Shown here piece by piece: positions 18,957-29,750 of a DNA stretch of 64,000 nucleotides (positions within the stretch are counted from its first letter, which is position 1; every line of letters begins with the position of its first letter). Both the position numbers and the translations under genes were made by a program. Source of the stretch: Paramoeba atlantica (taxonomy: Eukaryota > Protista > Discosea). Where the stretch lies: the NCBI GenBank assembly GCA_977017575.1, contig CDRNVI010000020.1:124001-188000 (forward strand). The letters run 5' to 3'. Below the pieces are notes generated by a model, which was not told the origin of the DNA, ran no database searches, and worked only from the letters and a program-made list of their open reading frames with translations.

Positions 18957-21035
18957 ATGGGCGACAATGAAGATTCCCGGAGTGAAAAGCAGCCTTTACG
19001 ACTACATGAGGTTGCGATGAAAGCAACATCACAGGAACCCGAGACACGTTCGCGCAACAGTTCCCCCATGTTATCGGACAACGACGCGTGCTACGATACC
19101 GATATCCTGGGTCGCAACCTCTCCAGTGACTCTTTTCCCCACGACCCGGACCCCCTAAGGACCGCACCCCACACAGGAACCGACCCCTTCACCCCCATGG
19201 AGCCCCCCTTCGGATCTTTTTCTCCACCCCCGCACAGCCCAGGCCCCCATGGCCTCGACCTTTTGTCCCTCCAGACCATGAGTCTCACCCCGCGGTCCAT
19301 GCGCGGGGACTCACCCCGTTCCTCCTCTTCCTCGGAACCCGAGGGCGCGGAGGGCACGTGTGACCCCACAACCCACCCCCCTCCCCGCGGGTTACTCTCC
19401 CGTAACTACAAGCTCTATGTCTTCCTTCTCTTTGTGATCACCCAGGCCAGTACCAACATTGACAACGGTGCGATTGCCGCGGTGATTGGGGGACCGATGT
19501 CGCAGGACTTCCACTCCTCGGGGGCGCTGGACGGGGTGCTGGCCTCGATTTCGTACCTCGGGAATACCGCCGGGGGGTCGTTCTGCGGGTACCTGTTTCG
19601 GAAGTTTAGCGCGAAGGCCGTGATCTCACGCGCCCTGACGGTTCATATGCTGCTCTCGGTGGTGTTCGCGACCAGCCCGCGTATTGGACTTGCGATCGCG
19701 GCACGTTTCTTTCTGGGGTTTACGCAATCCCTGGTGGTGGTGTACACCCCGGTGTGGGTGGATGAGTTTTCCCCGAGAAAACATAAGACCACGTGGATGG
19801 CACTCGCCCAGGCTGGGGTACCGATCGGTATTATGCTCGGGTATCTGATTGCGGGACTGATTGCGGCCAACAGCGGGGTGTCCTGGAGAGTGACGTTCTT
19901 TATTAAGTCCATCCTGTTGGTCCCGATTGTCACCATCTTTTACGTCGTTCGGGGAGAGGCGCTACAAGGGCGTTCCCACGATGCCTCCCGAGTCGACGGT
20001 AAGCCCTCCAAAACCAGCTCCGGGCTCACTTGGCGTGTCTTCAAGGAGCTGGTCTCCAACCCGCTGTACACCTCCACCGTGTTTGCGCTGTGCTCGCTGT
20101 ACTTTGTGGTCACCGCGCTGCAGCTCTGGGTCACGGCGTACCTGCGCCTTCCCCCAATCGCGGCGGATTTAAATAAAATTGTTGCTGCTTTTGGTCTCAC
20201 CAGTGCCACGGGTCCTGTGCTGGGGGTAGTCCTCGGCGGGGTGGTACTGGACCGTATCGGGGGGTACCAGGAACACCCGCACCGTGCAGCCTACATGGGC
20301 ACCGCTTGTGGAACCGTTGCCGTGGGCTGTGCTCTCGCCTCACTGACCGTTACAAAGTTCTGGCCCTACATGATTCTTGCCTGGTGTTTGCTGTTCTTTG
20401 GGGGCGCGATTGTGCCCTCGGCCACAGGGCTGCTGATGGTGGGTGTCGCAAAGGAACACCGAAATGTCGCGAGTTCTCTTGCCGCCATGACCTTCTCGTT
20501 GTTTGGGTATTTCTTAGGTCCGTTTCTGTGCGGTACGCTGGCCCAGAGTATGGGACTGCGCTGGGGATTTCGCGCGGTGATGTCATGGAGTGGACTCGCG
20601 CTGTTCTCTATGATCTACGCGGCCTATGTCGCTCGCAGGAGATATCTCACCCAGCCCCCGCAGGTGCCGGAGGTGGAAGAAGCGCTTCGGTTGCCCTCCC
20701 CTCTCCCGCGGTCGGGGTTGGGTGAGCCCACGGAGCCCAGCCCGGTACCTGAGCCGATGCGTCGCGGATCTCATACCGTTGAGATTCCGCGTCTTAGTCA
20801 CGCCAGGCTACAGCTCCGTGCTGGCATTCCCTCCCCCTCCCTCTCAGCGGAACGGGAGGCGGAGGAGGACCTGTGCTCGATGGACACCGCCCGGTCGTTA
20901 CCTGCCAGTGTGACAGCCTATGACGTAGGGCTGAATGTGCTGGAGGGAATGCGACACAACGAGCTGGTACACCGCCGACAGCACTCCGCCAGGCAACACT
21001 CTTCACGGATTGATTCTGCAAGGTATGATACGTAG
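18957..21035 (+). CDS. MFS transporter, Spinster-like
   Basis: NIDNGAIAAV, RFFLGFTQSLVVVYTPVWVDEFSP, GGVVLDRIGG; 12 TM segments with disordered termini. Confidence 0.88.
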   Translation: MGDNEDSRSEKQPLRLHEVAMKATSQEPETRSRNSSPMLSDNDACYDTDILGRNLSSDSFPHDPDPLRTAPHTGTDPFTPMEPPFGSFSPPPHSPGPHGLDLLSLQTMSLTPRSMRGDSPRSSSSSEPEGAEGTCDPTTHPPPRGLLSRNYKLYVFLLFVITQASTNIDNGAIAAVIGGPMSQDFHSSGALDGVLASISYLGNTAGGSFCGYLFRKFSAKAVISRALTVHMLLSVVFATSPRIGLAIAARFFLGFTQSLVVVYTPVWVDEFSPRKHKTTWMALAQAGVPIGIMLGYLIAGLIAANSGVSWRVTFFIKSILLVPIVTIFYVVRGEALQGRSHDASRVDGKPSKTSSGLTWRVFKELVSNPLYTSTVFALCSLYFVVTALQLWVTAYLRLPPIAADLNKIVAAFGLTSATGPVLGVVLGGVVLDRIGGYQEHPHRAAYMGTACGTVAVGCALASLTVTKFWPYMILAWCLLFFGGAIVPSATGLLMVGVAKEHRNVASSLAAMTFSLFGYFLGPFLCGTLAQSMGLRWGFRAVMSWSGLALFSMIYAAYVARRRYLTQPPQVPEVEEALRLPSPLPRSGLGEPTEPSPVPEPMRRGSHTVEIPRLSHARLQLRAGIPSPSLSAEREAEEDLCSMDTARSLPASVTAYDVGLNVLEGMRHNELVHRRQHSARQHSSRIDSARYDT

Positions 21036-21237
21036 CCCCCTTACCTTTCTTTACGTTCTCAAAAGATGATAAGACTGTCCTTCTTTTGATAAGAAAAATG
21101 GTGGTGAGACGTAGGGAGTACTTGAAATGTTATGATGAAAGAATCCCCTATTTTTAGCACTTGAGTTACGATTTCGAATCAAACGAATTTTTCCTTAGTA
21201 CTTATTCAGATGAATTGAGTGTTCTTGACGCGACAAG

Positions 21238-21678
21238 ATGGACGGGGCACATTCCACTCCTCCCGAAATGATGGGCGACAGATTGGACAGTGCAAAAATC
21301 GCGAAATCTCTCGGCATGTCTAAGGAGGAATATGAGCAAAATCTAAAGAAACTGAAGGCATCGGTTTCCTATAAAAGCCGTATTACTCCGTCAAAGCCGC
21401 TTACAGTAAAATCATCCACAAGAGGCGTTCGTGCTTTTAAAGAAATGGCAAAAAATGCAACTCAGAGGTTTGGGTCTCGGGAACGTTTACAGAAGAAAAT
21501 GGCCGATATTCGTCCTTTTCGCTTCGGTGCAACACTCATTGGGCTTGGATTCGTCTACTGGACATTGACAGAGATGCTGTGGCCCATGTACGAGGTCAAC
21601 GCAATGAGGAATCGAACGATGCAGCGGCGCTTTTTGGAGGCAGAAAAGTTTCGAGAAAGCCTGAGAGAAGATGAGTAG
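21238..21678 (+). CDS. Hypothetical single-pass membrane protein (146 aa)
   Basis: ATG ORF co-oriented with the host genes; one TM segment (ATLIGLGFVYWTLTEMLW) followed by a charged helix. Confidence 0.65.
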   Translation: MDGAHSTPPEMMGDRLDSAKIAKSLGMSKEEYEQNLKKLKASVSYKSRITPSKPLTVKSSTRGVRAFKEMAKNATQRFGSRERLQKKMADIRPFRFGATLIGLGFVYWTLTEMLWPMYEVNAMRNRTMQRRFLEAEKFRESLREDE

Positions 21679-21925
21679 CATGGCTTCTGTTCCAAACTGC
21701 TATCTGGGATAAATCGTCTCACTCTTCGTGCTCTGCCCTTCCCTAGGCGAATTTTCGTTTACCACTTCTGCATAACCACCACTTGTTTCCACTGCTTGTT
21801 TGCCTGAAACTATTTCACACCATTTTATTCATTTCAAAGAAGCAACAAAAGATCAATACCGCTTTTCCTTATTTTCCTTATCTCAATCTCAATCTCTCTA
21901 CTCCCCTCCCCTCGCTCCCTCCCCC

Positions 21926-22759
21926 ATGGCCCTCCGCACCCGTTTCGAGTCCTCCAACGACATCGGGGTCTTCTCCCGTCTCACCAACGCCTACTGTCTC
22001 GTCGCCATGGGCTCCGCCCAAAACTTCTACAGCGTCTTCGAGACCGAGCTCGCCCGTCACATCCCCGTGGTCTACACCTCCATCGGGGGAACCCGCGTCA
22101 TTGGGCGCCTCACCGCGGGCAACCGCCACGGTCTCCTCCTCCCCTCCATCACCACCGACCAGGAGCTCCAGCACCTCCGAAACGCGCTCCCCGCCGCGGT
22201 CGCCATCCAGCGCATCGAGGAGCGCTACAGCGCCCTGGGGAACTGCATCGCCTGCAACGACCACGTCGCGCTGCTCCACACCGATCTCGATGCCGAGACG
22301 GAGCACCTGGTGCGGGACGTGCTCAAGGTCGAGACCTTCCGCACCAGTGTCGGGGAGAACGCCCTGGTGGGGAGCTACGCGCTGCTCAGTAACCACGGGT
22401 GCATGGTGGCCCCGAAGACGACAAAAGCGGATATGGAGGAGCTGAGTACGCTGCTGCAGCTGCCGGTGGTGGCGGGGACGGTGAACCGGGGGAACCCGCA
22501 GGTGGGGTGTGGGGTGATCAGTAATGACTGGACCGCGTTCGTGGGGTTGGATACCACCGCGAGTGAGATGAGTGTGCTGGAGCGGGTGTTGAAGCTGGAG
22601 AGGAAAAGGGGGGAGAGGGTGCGGAAGGGGGGGCTGGGGGTGGGGCAGGGCGCGACGCACCGGGAGGATGAGAAGGCGGGGGAGGGGGTGAAGAAGGGTT
22701 CGGGGGAGGGGTTGTTGGAGGGGGGGTTACAGGAGGCGATTATTGATTTACATTCGTGA
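21926..22759 (+). CDS. EIF6: Translation initiation factor 6
   Basis: [73 protein letters not shown]. Confidence 0.97.
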   Translation: MALRTRFESSNDIGVFSRLTNAYCLVAMGSAQNFYSVFETELARHIPVVYTSIGGTRVIGRLTAGNRHGLLLPSITTDQELQHLRNALPAAVAIQRIEERYSALGNCIACNDHVALLHTDLDAETEHLVRDVLKVETFRTSVGENALVGSYALLSNHGCMVAPKTTKADMEELSTLLQLPVVAGTVNRGNPQVGCGVISNDWTAFVGLDTTASEMSVLERVLKLERKRGERVRKGGLGVGQGATHREDEKAGEGVKKGSGEGLLEGGLQEAIIDLHS

Positions 22760-23010
22760 AAAAGGTAATATGGAGGTGGGGTAAACGGTGGAGTGAGTGT
22801 GTTTTTTGTTGGGTACAGTAATGAAGTCCATATTAAAAATTGAAGTGCGAGCATGTATCATTTTATTATGTGGTTCAAGGAAGATATCGTTGGCTGTCAT
22901 CAAATCATTTGTTCATTGTTGCTTTTGCGAGAAATATTTTCTATGTGTTATTCTGTTTGTTTCCTTGATCCTACGCCAACTTTTATTTCTTCAAAGTATT
23001 GAATTTCATA

Positions 23011-23280
23011 ATGACACAAGTTGGTTGCATTAACGACGAAGGACGTAATGTGGATTTATACATCCCGCGGAAATGCTCCAGCACCGGACGCATCATTCAC
23101 TCACAGGATCACGCCGCCGTACAAATCAATGTGGGTATGACCGATTCAAATGGGGTCTACACCGGCAACTACAAAACCTATGTCCTTTCCGGTTCGTTAC
23201 GCAAGAGGGGAGAAGGGGATCAGGCCTTAAACCGACTCGCCCTCAAGGATGGTCTACTACGTGAGTCGAAAGCGAATTAG
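23011..23280 (+). CDS. RPS21: 40S ribosomal protein S21 (eS21)
   Basis: NDEGRNVDLYIPRKCSSTGRII..DHAAVQINV; LSGSLRKRGEGDQALNRLA. Confidence 0.96.
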   Translation: MTQVGCINDEGRNVDLYIPRKCSSTGRIIHSQDHAAVQINVGMTDSNGVYTGNYKTYVLSGSLRKRGEGDQALNRLALKDGLLRESKAN

Positions 23281-23580
23281 ACTCCCTGACCCCTCCGCAA
23301 GAGAGAGAGAGAGAGAAGAACAGTGAAACTATGTAAAGCAAAGAAACGAAAAGTAAAGGTAAGATTTCTGTCACGATACAAATTCCGTACAGAGTAAGGA
23401 TCTGAAGTCTAAAAATATGTAGTGAAGCATAACTTTGCACTCAACTAGAGAGGGTGAATTATATTCTAATTTTTGTAAGCGATTCGCAATGCTAGAATGT
23501 AAATTTGTTCTGTATTTATGATTCAAGAAGGGATTAACTTATCCTAATTAAATACTATCTTATGAGTCAGTATCCTCAGC

Positions 23581-26475
23581 ATGATGGAGAGGAAGTCGTC
23601 TACCACTCTTGAGAAAAGTATGGAAGGGTTCTGGGCAATGTCACCACACAAACCATATGCGAGCGAACAACGAGAGAACGATTCTCATGAAAATACTGTA
23701 CCACGCCCATCTAGTGAAACGCTTAAAGAAGTACTGAGTTTTGAATCAGGTGCGCAATCATTGAGTGATAATGTGGGGATTGAACCCAAGAAGAAAGGAA
23801 TTTTTCCAATGTTGAGAATGGGCGGCTCACAAATTTCTGATCATCACGCAAAGCAAAATCAAGCGAAACCGAATTTCAAGAAATACGCACCCAAAAAAGC
23901 ACCAAAACCGCTTGCTAATGTAAAGCCCCTTGAATTTTCCTTTCGATCCAGGAATACTTCCAACGGACAATTAGCGAACGAGACCAATGAGAAAAACTGT
24001 ACTCAAATTCCCGACGCCTCCTTTCGAACATTTCTCGACCGGTCAACTTACAGACAGTCAGCTACAGACACTGCTTTGTGGTGTTTTCAGAAAAGGGTTG
24101 ATTTATGTGACGAAGATACAAAAAAGAATACAACGCCTGAGATTCCCCAGATAGCAGAAGTAGCGTGTAGCTCAAGGGATACAAGCCAAGACGTTGATCA
24201 GGAAGATTCGAACTCGTCCAATGAAACAGTTTCACCGAAGCAGACAGTGAATAGGAAAGAAAAGAAAAGCACAGCAAAAGTGAAGAAAGGAAAAATCACA
24301 GAAGCTGTCGCGAACAGAAAGAGAAACGTCCCAAAGAAGCCTAGCGAAGAAAAATCAAAATCAAAATCTCAGAAGAACGTGAAAGGAACGCAGATCCGTG
24401 ACAAAAAAGAACCCACGATTTCAGTTTCGAAACGTAGTCAAAAGAGAAAGCCCAAAACGGAAACATCAGATGACGAGACGACCGACACCCCATCGGAGGA
24501 GGATTCTTCAAGTTCCGAATCCGAGTCACATTATGAGACTTCTTCCTGTGAGAGCACCCCACCGAAAAAATCCAAAAAGTCAAATCAGAAAAAGAAGTGC
24601 GAGAATTCAAACAAAAAGAAAAGCGAGAATTCAAACAAAATGAAAAACGAGAATACGAACAAAAAGAAAAGCGAGAGTACGAGCAAAAAGAAAAGCGAGA
24701 ATGCGGACAAAAAGAAAAGCAGGCCGAATGCTGAATCTTCTAAGAAAAAGCCGGAGAAGGAGAACGTGGCCGTTCCTGAACAAACCAAGCAGCCGACGTG
24801 CGCCGAGCAACTCCTTCGAGGGTGTCCTTCCTTTTCCTTTGCAAGTGATGCAACACTGAGTGCACGAGACGTCGCTGCCATGTACAATGTTGATCATGTC
24901 CTTTTTCGGTATGGTCCGATTCGAATTACGGGTAAGGAACTTGATATCTTGCGACATAGCAGTGCGTACGCGAATGACACCTTGCTTGATTTTTATCTCC
25001 GTTTCCTGTCGCAGGTAATGCCCAATCCCAGGGTACGTACCTTTCACGCACAGTTTTATAATGCCTTGAGAGGCGCCGCTCAGCTCCCATGTGCGGGGGA
25101 CCCGGGTGGTCGTTGGGGGAGAAGTGTTCGGTTTAGCCTAGATCGTGCGCCAATATTGCGATGTGAACTGGAGTCTTGTATCTTCCTAGATGATCTGTGG
25201 TTTGTGCCAGTTTGTCACGAGGAGCACTGGTTTTTGGTCTTGATACAAAATCCTGCCGCGGCGCTTTCACGCGTCACTCCAGCTCATGCCTCTCAGCGCA
25301 TTCAAGCGAAGGGAGGATCACCTTTAAGTAAAACAGATCGAAATGCGGCTATGCAACGCATATATGATATTCGCCTGACAAGCATGGAGAAAACCAAAGC
25401 GGAGCGTACTGTTCCCAAAGCGTGGGATTTTAACAGTGTTGACGAAGATATTTTTGTGCCTTCTTGTCAAAAACCCAACATCTCCTCTACTAAACTTTAT
25501 ACAAATATGGGCTTACCAAAAAGTAATGACGCCCGTGTCAATGAAAAGAACGATGGGCACATTGATGTTGATGATAGTTCTCCAAGACAATCCAGAGCAA
25601 CTGAACGAGTAGTGGCTTCTACAACGGACGCAACTCTTCGTACTGACGAAGCAGAGAGAACGAAATGTTCTGATTCATCACCATCTGATTCACCAATCTC
25701 AACCCGAATTCCTCAGATTGAGTTCGAGCCGGAGAATCCTGTACTGAATGAGAGTACGACTGCTTTTGGCATCAACACCGATACTCTTCAAATGGGTAAC
25801 TATTTGCAAACTAAGGTCATCTTTGCGAACAGCTTGATACGACACGGCGACGAGGAAATTTATCAGAGCATACTCATTCATCTATTTTGGTTTATGGTCA
25901 CAAGGTGGCATGTGGAACTTTGCATTGCACTAAAAGATTCCTCTGTACTTTCCCCCACGGAGCTCATTGCGATGTATCGCAGTCTACGGTGTACAGAAGT
26001 TGTGCCAGTTAGTGAGCTTGCCCTTCCTCAACAGCCTCTTTGGTCTGCGGATTGTGGATTTTTTCTTTTGCACTACACAGAAATTTTGCGACACCCTAGC
26101 ATTCGAGCAGAACAGCTTCAGTCTCTGCTTGATCAAGCGATACCAATTACCTTCCCCACGAAGACGGTGCCCTCCCCTGTAGATGATTCGGCTGAAGGAG
26201 CTGTCGAACACAAACGAGCAAATCGCCGAGCCCGGTTGAACAGTACAACTGTTCTGTTATTCCATAGCACGGAGGCATCCTCAAGGAAGAGAAGGTACAT
26301 CTCCGCTCTCATACGGACCTTGGTGGGTGCATGTTGGCAAAGAGGAAGAGATGCTTCAGGACGAAATACACATGAATGTACACCCTTCCGCATTCTAGTG
26401 AAAGTAAATGATTTACAAGAAGAGGCTACGCGAACCCTTTCCGACTTGTCAAAACAATTAAGCAACGAAAGTTAA
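23581..26475 (+). CDS. Ulp1/SENP-family (C48) SUMO protease-like protein with a long K/S/E-rich N-terminus
   Basis: LRHSSAYANDTLLDFYLRFL, WFVPVCHEEHWFLVLI, IFANSL, PQQPLWSADCGFFLLHY. Confidence 0.8.
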   Translation: MMERKSSTTLEKSMEGFWAMSPHKPYASEQRENDSHENTVPRPSSETLKEVLSFESGAQSLSDNVGIEPKKKGIFPMLRMGGSQISDHHAKQNQAKPNFKKYAPKKAPKPLANVKPLEFSFRSRNTSNGQLANETNEKNCTQIPDASFRTFLDRSTYRQSATDTALWCFQKRVDLCDEDTKKNTTPEIPQIAEVACSSRDTSQDVDQEDSNSSNETVSPKQTVNRKEKKSTAKVKKGKITEAVANRKRNVPKKPSEEKSKSKSQKNVKGTQIRDKKEPTISVSKRSQKRKPKTETSDDETTDTPSEEDSSSSESESHYETSSCESTPPKKSKKSNQKKKCENSNKKKSENSNKMKNENTNKKKSESTSKKKSENADKKKSRPNAESSKKKPEKENVAVPEQTKQPTCAEQLLRGCPSFSFASDATLSARDVAAMYNVDHVLFRYGPIRITGKELDILRHSSAYANDTLLDFYLRFLSQVMPNPRVRTFHAQFYNALRGAAQLPCAGDPGGRWGRSVRFSLDRAPILRCELESCIFLDDLWFVPVCHEEHWFLVLIQNPAAALSRVTPAHASQRIQAKGGSPLSKTDRNAAMQRIYDIRLTSMEKTKAERTVPKAWDFNSVDEDIFVPSCQKPNISSTKLYTNMGLPKSNDARVNEKNDGHIDVDDSSPRQSRATERVVASTTDATLRTDEAERTKCSDSSPSDSPISTRIPQIEFEPENPVLNESTTAFGINTDTLQMGNYLQTKVIFANSLIRHGDEEIYQSILIHLFWFMVTRWHVELCIALKDSSVLSPTELIAMYRSLRCTEVVPVSELALPQQPLWSADCGFFLLHYTEILRHPSIRAEQLQSLLDQAIPITFPTKTVPSPVDDSAEGAVEHKRANRRARLNSTTVLLFHSTEASSRKRRYISALIRTLVGACWQRGRDASGRNTHECTPFRILVKVNDLQEEATRTLSDLSKQLSNES
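24585..24725 (+). repeat. Coding 24-nt minisatellite (KKKxENxN x6)
   Basis: aagaaaagcgagaattcaaacaaa-like units encoding KKKCENSN KKKSENSN KMKNENTN KKKSESTS KKKSENAD KKKSRPNA. Confidence 0.85.
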
Positions 26476-27169
26476 CAGCCTAGCCTTTTAGCTATCAATA
26501 GTACAATTAGTCTCACCATAACATTAGCATGTACTGTTGTTTCTTCAATGAACTGCACCTCGTTCTCAGCGAAAAATGCTGCAAAACAAAGTTGTTGAAA
26601 TTTCTGATCCGTCTGCAACTCATAATATTCAAGCTCATGGGAAGAAGCTAGGTAGGGCTTCTTGTTAGAATACATTTCTGAATCTGTAGTATCGGTAAGA
26701 TAGCAGTGCCAGGGAAGACCACTAGGAGGTCTCGTCCATACTTCCCCAGTGCACACTCTCATTAGGAGTGGTAATTTTTGTAATTTTCTATAACCATTCT
26801 AGTCTAGAGTAAAGTTGTGGAGACCAATTTTCGCAGTGTTGATCTTAATACTCTTTTCGGAGACCAAATAAATAGCAGCATACTTAAGTGATTTATTAGG
26901 TGTAGCCCGCACGAGTATTTTCGCCTTGTATCTACTGAGGGCATTTGGCAAAAGAGATCAAGTAAGAATGCTTTGAACGTATTTCTAAGTGAGAAATAAG
27001 TCTGTTTCAGAAAAAAATCACGTTAGCATGACGTGCTGATGTGGCATGATCAAAAAACGATCATAAATATTCAGAATACAACTCTTGATAGAAAAGTAGA
27101 AAAATATGATGTTACAAAACAAAGAAAATTGTGATACAATACTAGGTGCACTTGGGTAGCATGCAGAAC

Positions 27170-27845
27170 TTTTGGGGGATTATTTCTTGTGCGCACACAT
27201 ATTTTGCGTGTGATGTATACCCCAGAACACAACCTCTTCGACTGGATATAAATCTTTGAACTTCCGGTTCGCCGTCAAACATAGATCGTCTACCATGCTA
27301 CCAGGGAGCAAAGAACCTTTCCGTTCGTAGGATTTCAATCTGTACTTCGATCGCACAACTCCTTTTCCTGAGTCGAATCATCCGAGAGAATTATCAGAGG
27401 ACTCCCGTTGCGATGCGCCCTCATCGGAATCGGCACTCAGTAGCATACATGTAACTGCTAATGAAGTAATAACAGCTTCTACGACCTGCGTAGAGTTGTG
27501 TACGTGTTGTTTTGGCAAAGTCGCGACATTTTTTGGCTTCCTTTAGAATACTGGAAGATCTCTTGTCTTTTGCCTAGACTCGAAAAGAATAGTTGGGGGA
27601 AGAGAACGAACTTTGGAGTCTCTCACATCATAGAGACCTGCAAGAAACACAATAACCGTTTCTTTTTCATTTGTTCCAACAATTTTCACATTCGGTATTC
27701 CAGCAGGTGCAAGGGAAATACGTTCCGGATCACCATCAACATACATTTTCGTTTCATCACCAAGCCATGCATATCGATAGTTTCGAATGCAATGTTGAAC
27801 ATTAAGTTGTCTTGCCCGACTGCGAACACGAATTCTGCAAGACAA
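27170..27845 (-). pseudogene. Decayed pogo/Tc5-like (DDE_1) transposase
   Basis: AWLGDETKMYVD...SLAPAG...GTNEKETVIVFLA...LPPTILFESRQK resembles the DDE_1 segment (N.DET...G.EK.R.TV....LPP.IIFKG). Further downstream is a degenerate VLGIHH...MLPKCT, with stops and frameshifts. No TIRs found. Confidence 0.6.
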
Positions 27846-28642
27846 CTAAAACGTTGACATGGGGTAAGAGACGAACGGGGCTGGTCGGGTGCGTTGGGAA
27901 GCCAGGAGTGTGAAGGGAGTTAAAGATGGGGTTTACCGTGGTTAGGTGGAGAGATTGATGAAGGGTGCTGGTGGGCAGATTTTCCGTCCTTGTGCGAGGA
28001 GAGTCAGAGGGTGATCGGAGGGGAGAACTTCGTTGAACTCGAGAGAGGTTAGACGAGGGTTGAGGGGGATGGTTGTGTACCATACCTGCTCGTAGTCTTC
28101 TCCTTCTTCGGGGACATGTTCTTTAGGACAACTTTTATAAAACTGAAAATAATCTAAGATTCTAGGTAAGAAACTTATTCCACAGAATATCTAAGAGCCA
28201 CTCCGCTATATTGTAGAAAGCATGTCCATGTTACTAGGTCTTTAAAAATTATCATGTTGATTGCTTTTAAAATTCGGCTAGATATCTCTGTTGTGAGAGA
28301 TGAAATATCGGACAATAAAGTTTCTAAAAAGAGTTTATTTTTGTCGTCACATGTATCTTCTCTCACTTTAGAAACATCTGCAAACAGGGGATAATATTCA
28401 TTTTGCATAATTTTTATTGTCGCAATAAAAAACAGTTTCCCTTTTTTCTCCATGTCCCACTTAGGGATTTACATCCCTTACGGAGAACCATCAAGTGTAA
28501 ATAACTTGGACATATTAAGAACTGAACTAAACGTACTCAGTTGACAAAATTAACTTAAACCCCATGGACTTATAGAAAGTAAGGGGACAATTTTTTTGTG
28601 ATTACCATACACCTAGATTTCAGTACTTTATAGCGAATTTTC

Positions 28643-28695
28643 GGGTACAGACCACTTACATTGCACCCACTTTCAAAATTAAGTGCGCATTACCC
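28643..28695. mobile_element. 53-bp internally deleted derivative of Merlin family 2
   Basis: First 37 bp match the left end of 17517-18827 (1 mismatch); last 16 bp match its right end (1 mismatch). Flanks gaattttc / gatttttt could be a decayed 8-bp TSD. Confidence 0.88.
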
Positions 28696-28985
28696 GATTT
28701 TTTTAAAAGAAAATTTGTGAAAATAGTAACCTTTACTCTGAACAGTTCTTTTTGCATTCTAGATATTTTTTACCGTACTCAACCCATTCTTAGCATGTAT
28801 ACAGCCATCATTTCTATCACACGTCCTGCGGCTCTGATTTCACAATGTCAATAAAAATGCCCGGTGAAAGTTATCTGCCGTTCGTACTTGTAGCGTTTTT
28901 CACGCTTTCCGAGTACCACGGCACGAAATCACCTTTCACCCAAGCGTATGGATCCGTATACTGTACGGAGTCTCTTTTTTTTCGA

Positions 28986-29750
28986 ATGTCTGATCACGAA
29001 AGGCCGAACATAAATCATCGACGTACACAATCCTGTCAGAATCTAATGAATACAAGCACATGCTCCGAGTCTTCTGAAAACTTGCATTTAACATCAAGTG
29101 GTGATGTTTTGGGGAAGAACAAAAATCCTTCTCGTCGCCCGTTTAGAAACGGAATTCGTAAAAAGCCACAGCGTCGGCGATTGAGTGGAATTCTTAGCAA
29201 CGGAATACTAGAATCAGCACGAGCTAGTAGATCAGTCTCCGAAAATGACAACGTCAATACAGACACTCTCTCGCGTTCGCACTCAACATTTTCAACAGCG
29301 CAATCACCTCGGAAAAGGAAAGAGAATACATTACCTCCACATCCTGCACCACGACTTGTTCGATGGCTTGTGTCGCAGCAGTCCCCGAATCGAACTTCGA
29401 GAAAGCCACACACGCCAAATTCTTTGTACGAACGTTCGGAAGTTGGACCGTGTAGCGAAAATCTTGGGTCGAATGGCTCCACGTCGTTTCATACAATTCC
29501 TCTGTCTAGCGAAATGTCATCATTTCGTGAATCGAAAAACACGAATTTGTCCGATAAATCACTTGGAGAAACTGTGGAGAAGGAAATGGTACAAAATGCA
29601 GTATTGGATGATGCAGAAAGCGACACCCTTGGAGCAGATTTCGTTCGTCGGCACACCCCATTGTTCTGTTGTCTCGGAGTTCTCCTTATTGCACTTATCA
29701 TCGACGTACTCCTCTTTTTGTACCGTTCGCTTCTGTCGATGTGTTCATAA
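28986..29750 (+). CDS. Hypothetical tail-anchored membrane protein (disordered S/R-rich body, C-terminal TM)
   Basis: Long ORF ending in FCCLGVLLIALIIDVLLFLY. The start could be ATG 28845 or 28986. Confidence 0.65.
   Translation: MSDHERPNINHRRTQSCQNLMNTSTCSESSENLHLTSSGDVLGKNKNPSRRPFRNGIRKKPQRRRLSGILSNGILESARASRSVSENDNVNTDTLSRSHSTFSTAQSPRKRKENTLPPHPAPRLVRWLVSQQSPNRTSRKPHTPNSLYERSEVGPCSENLGSNGSTSFHTIPLSSEMSSFRESKNTNLSDKSLGETVEKEMVQNAVLDDAESDTLGADFVRRHTPLFCCLGVLLIALIIDVLLFLYRSLLSMCS

Noticed and set aside
21131-21230. C box atgatga between MFS and the next gene
   Set aside because: No D box at a suitable distance.
21852-21925. Polypyrimidine tracts lying 3' of the last AG before eIF6, BUD23 and RRP41 start codons
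   Set aside because: T-rich tracts also exist upstream of those AGs, and the C-rich leaders are explained by the skew islands; no evidence for an unusual splice signal.
21783-22854. Long alternative-frame and antisense ORFs over eIF6 (likewise over BUD23, LIAS, RRP41, MFS and calreticulin)
   Set aside because: Explained by stop-codon scarcity in the extreme C/G-skewed islands; the translations are low-complexity P/R/G strings.
26472-26762. 96-aa minus-strand ORF abutting the Ulp1-like stop (and 28175-28453)
   Set aside because: No recognisable domain; may belong to the decayed element at 27-28 kb but cannot be supported.
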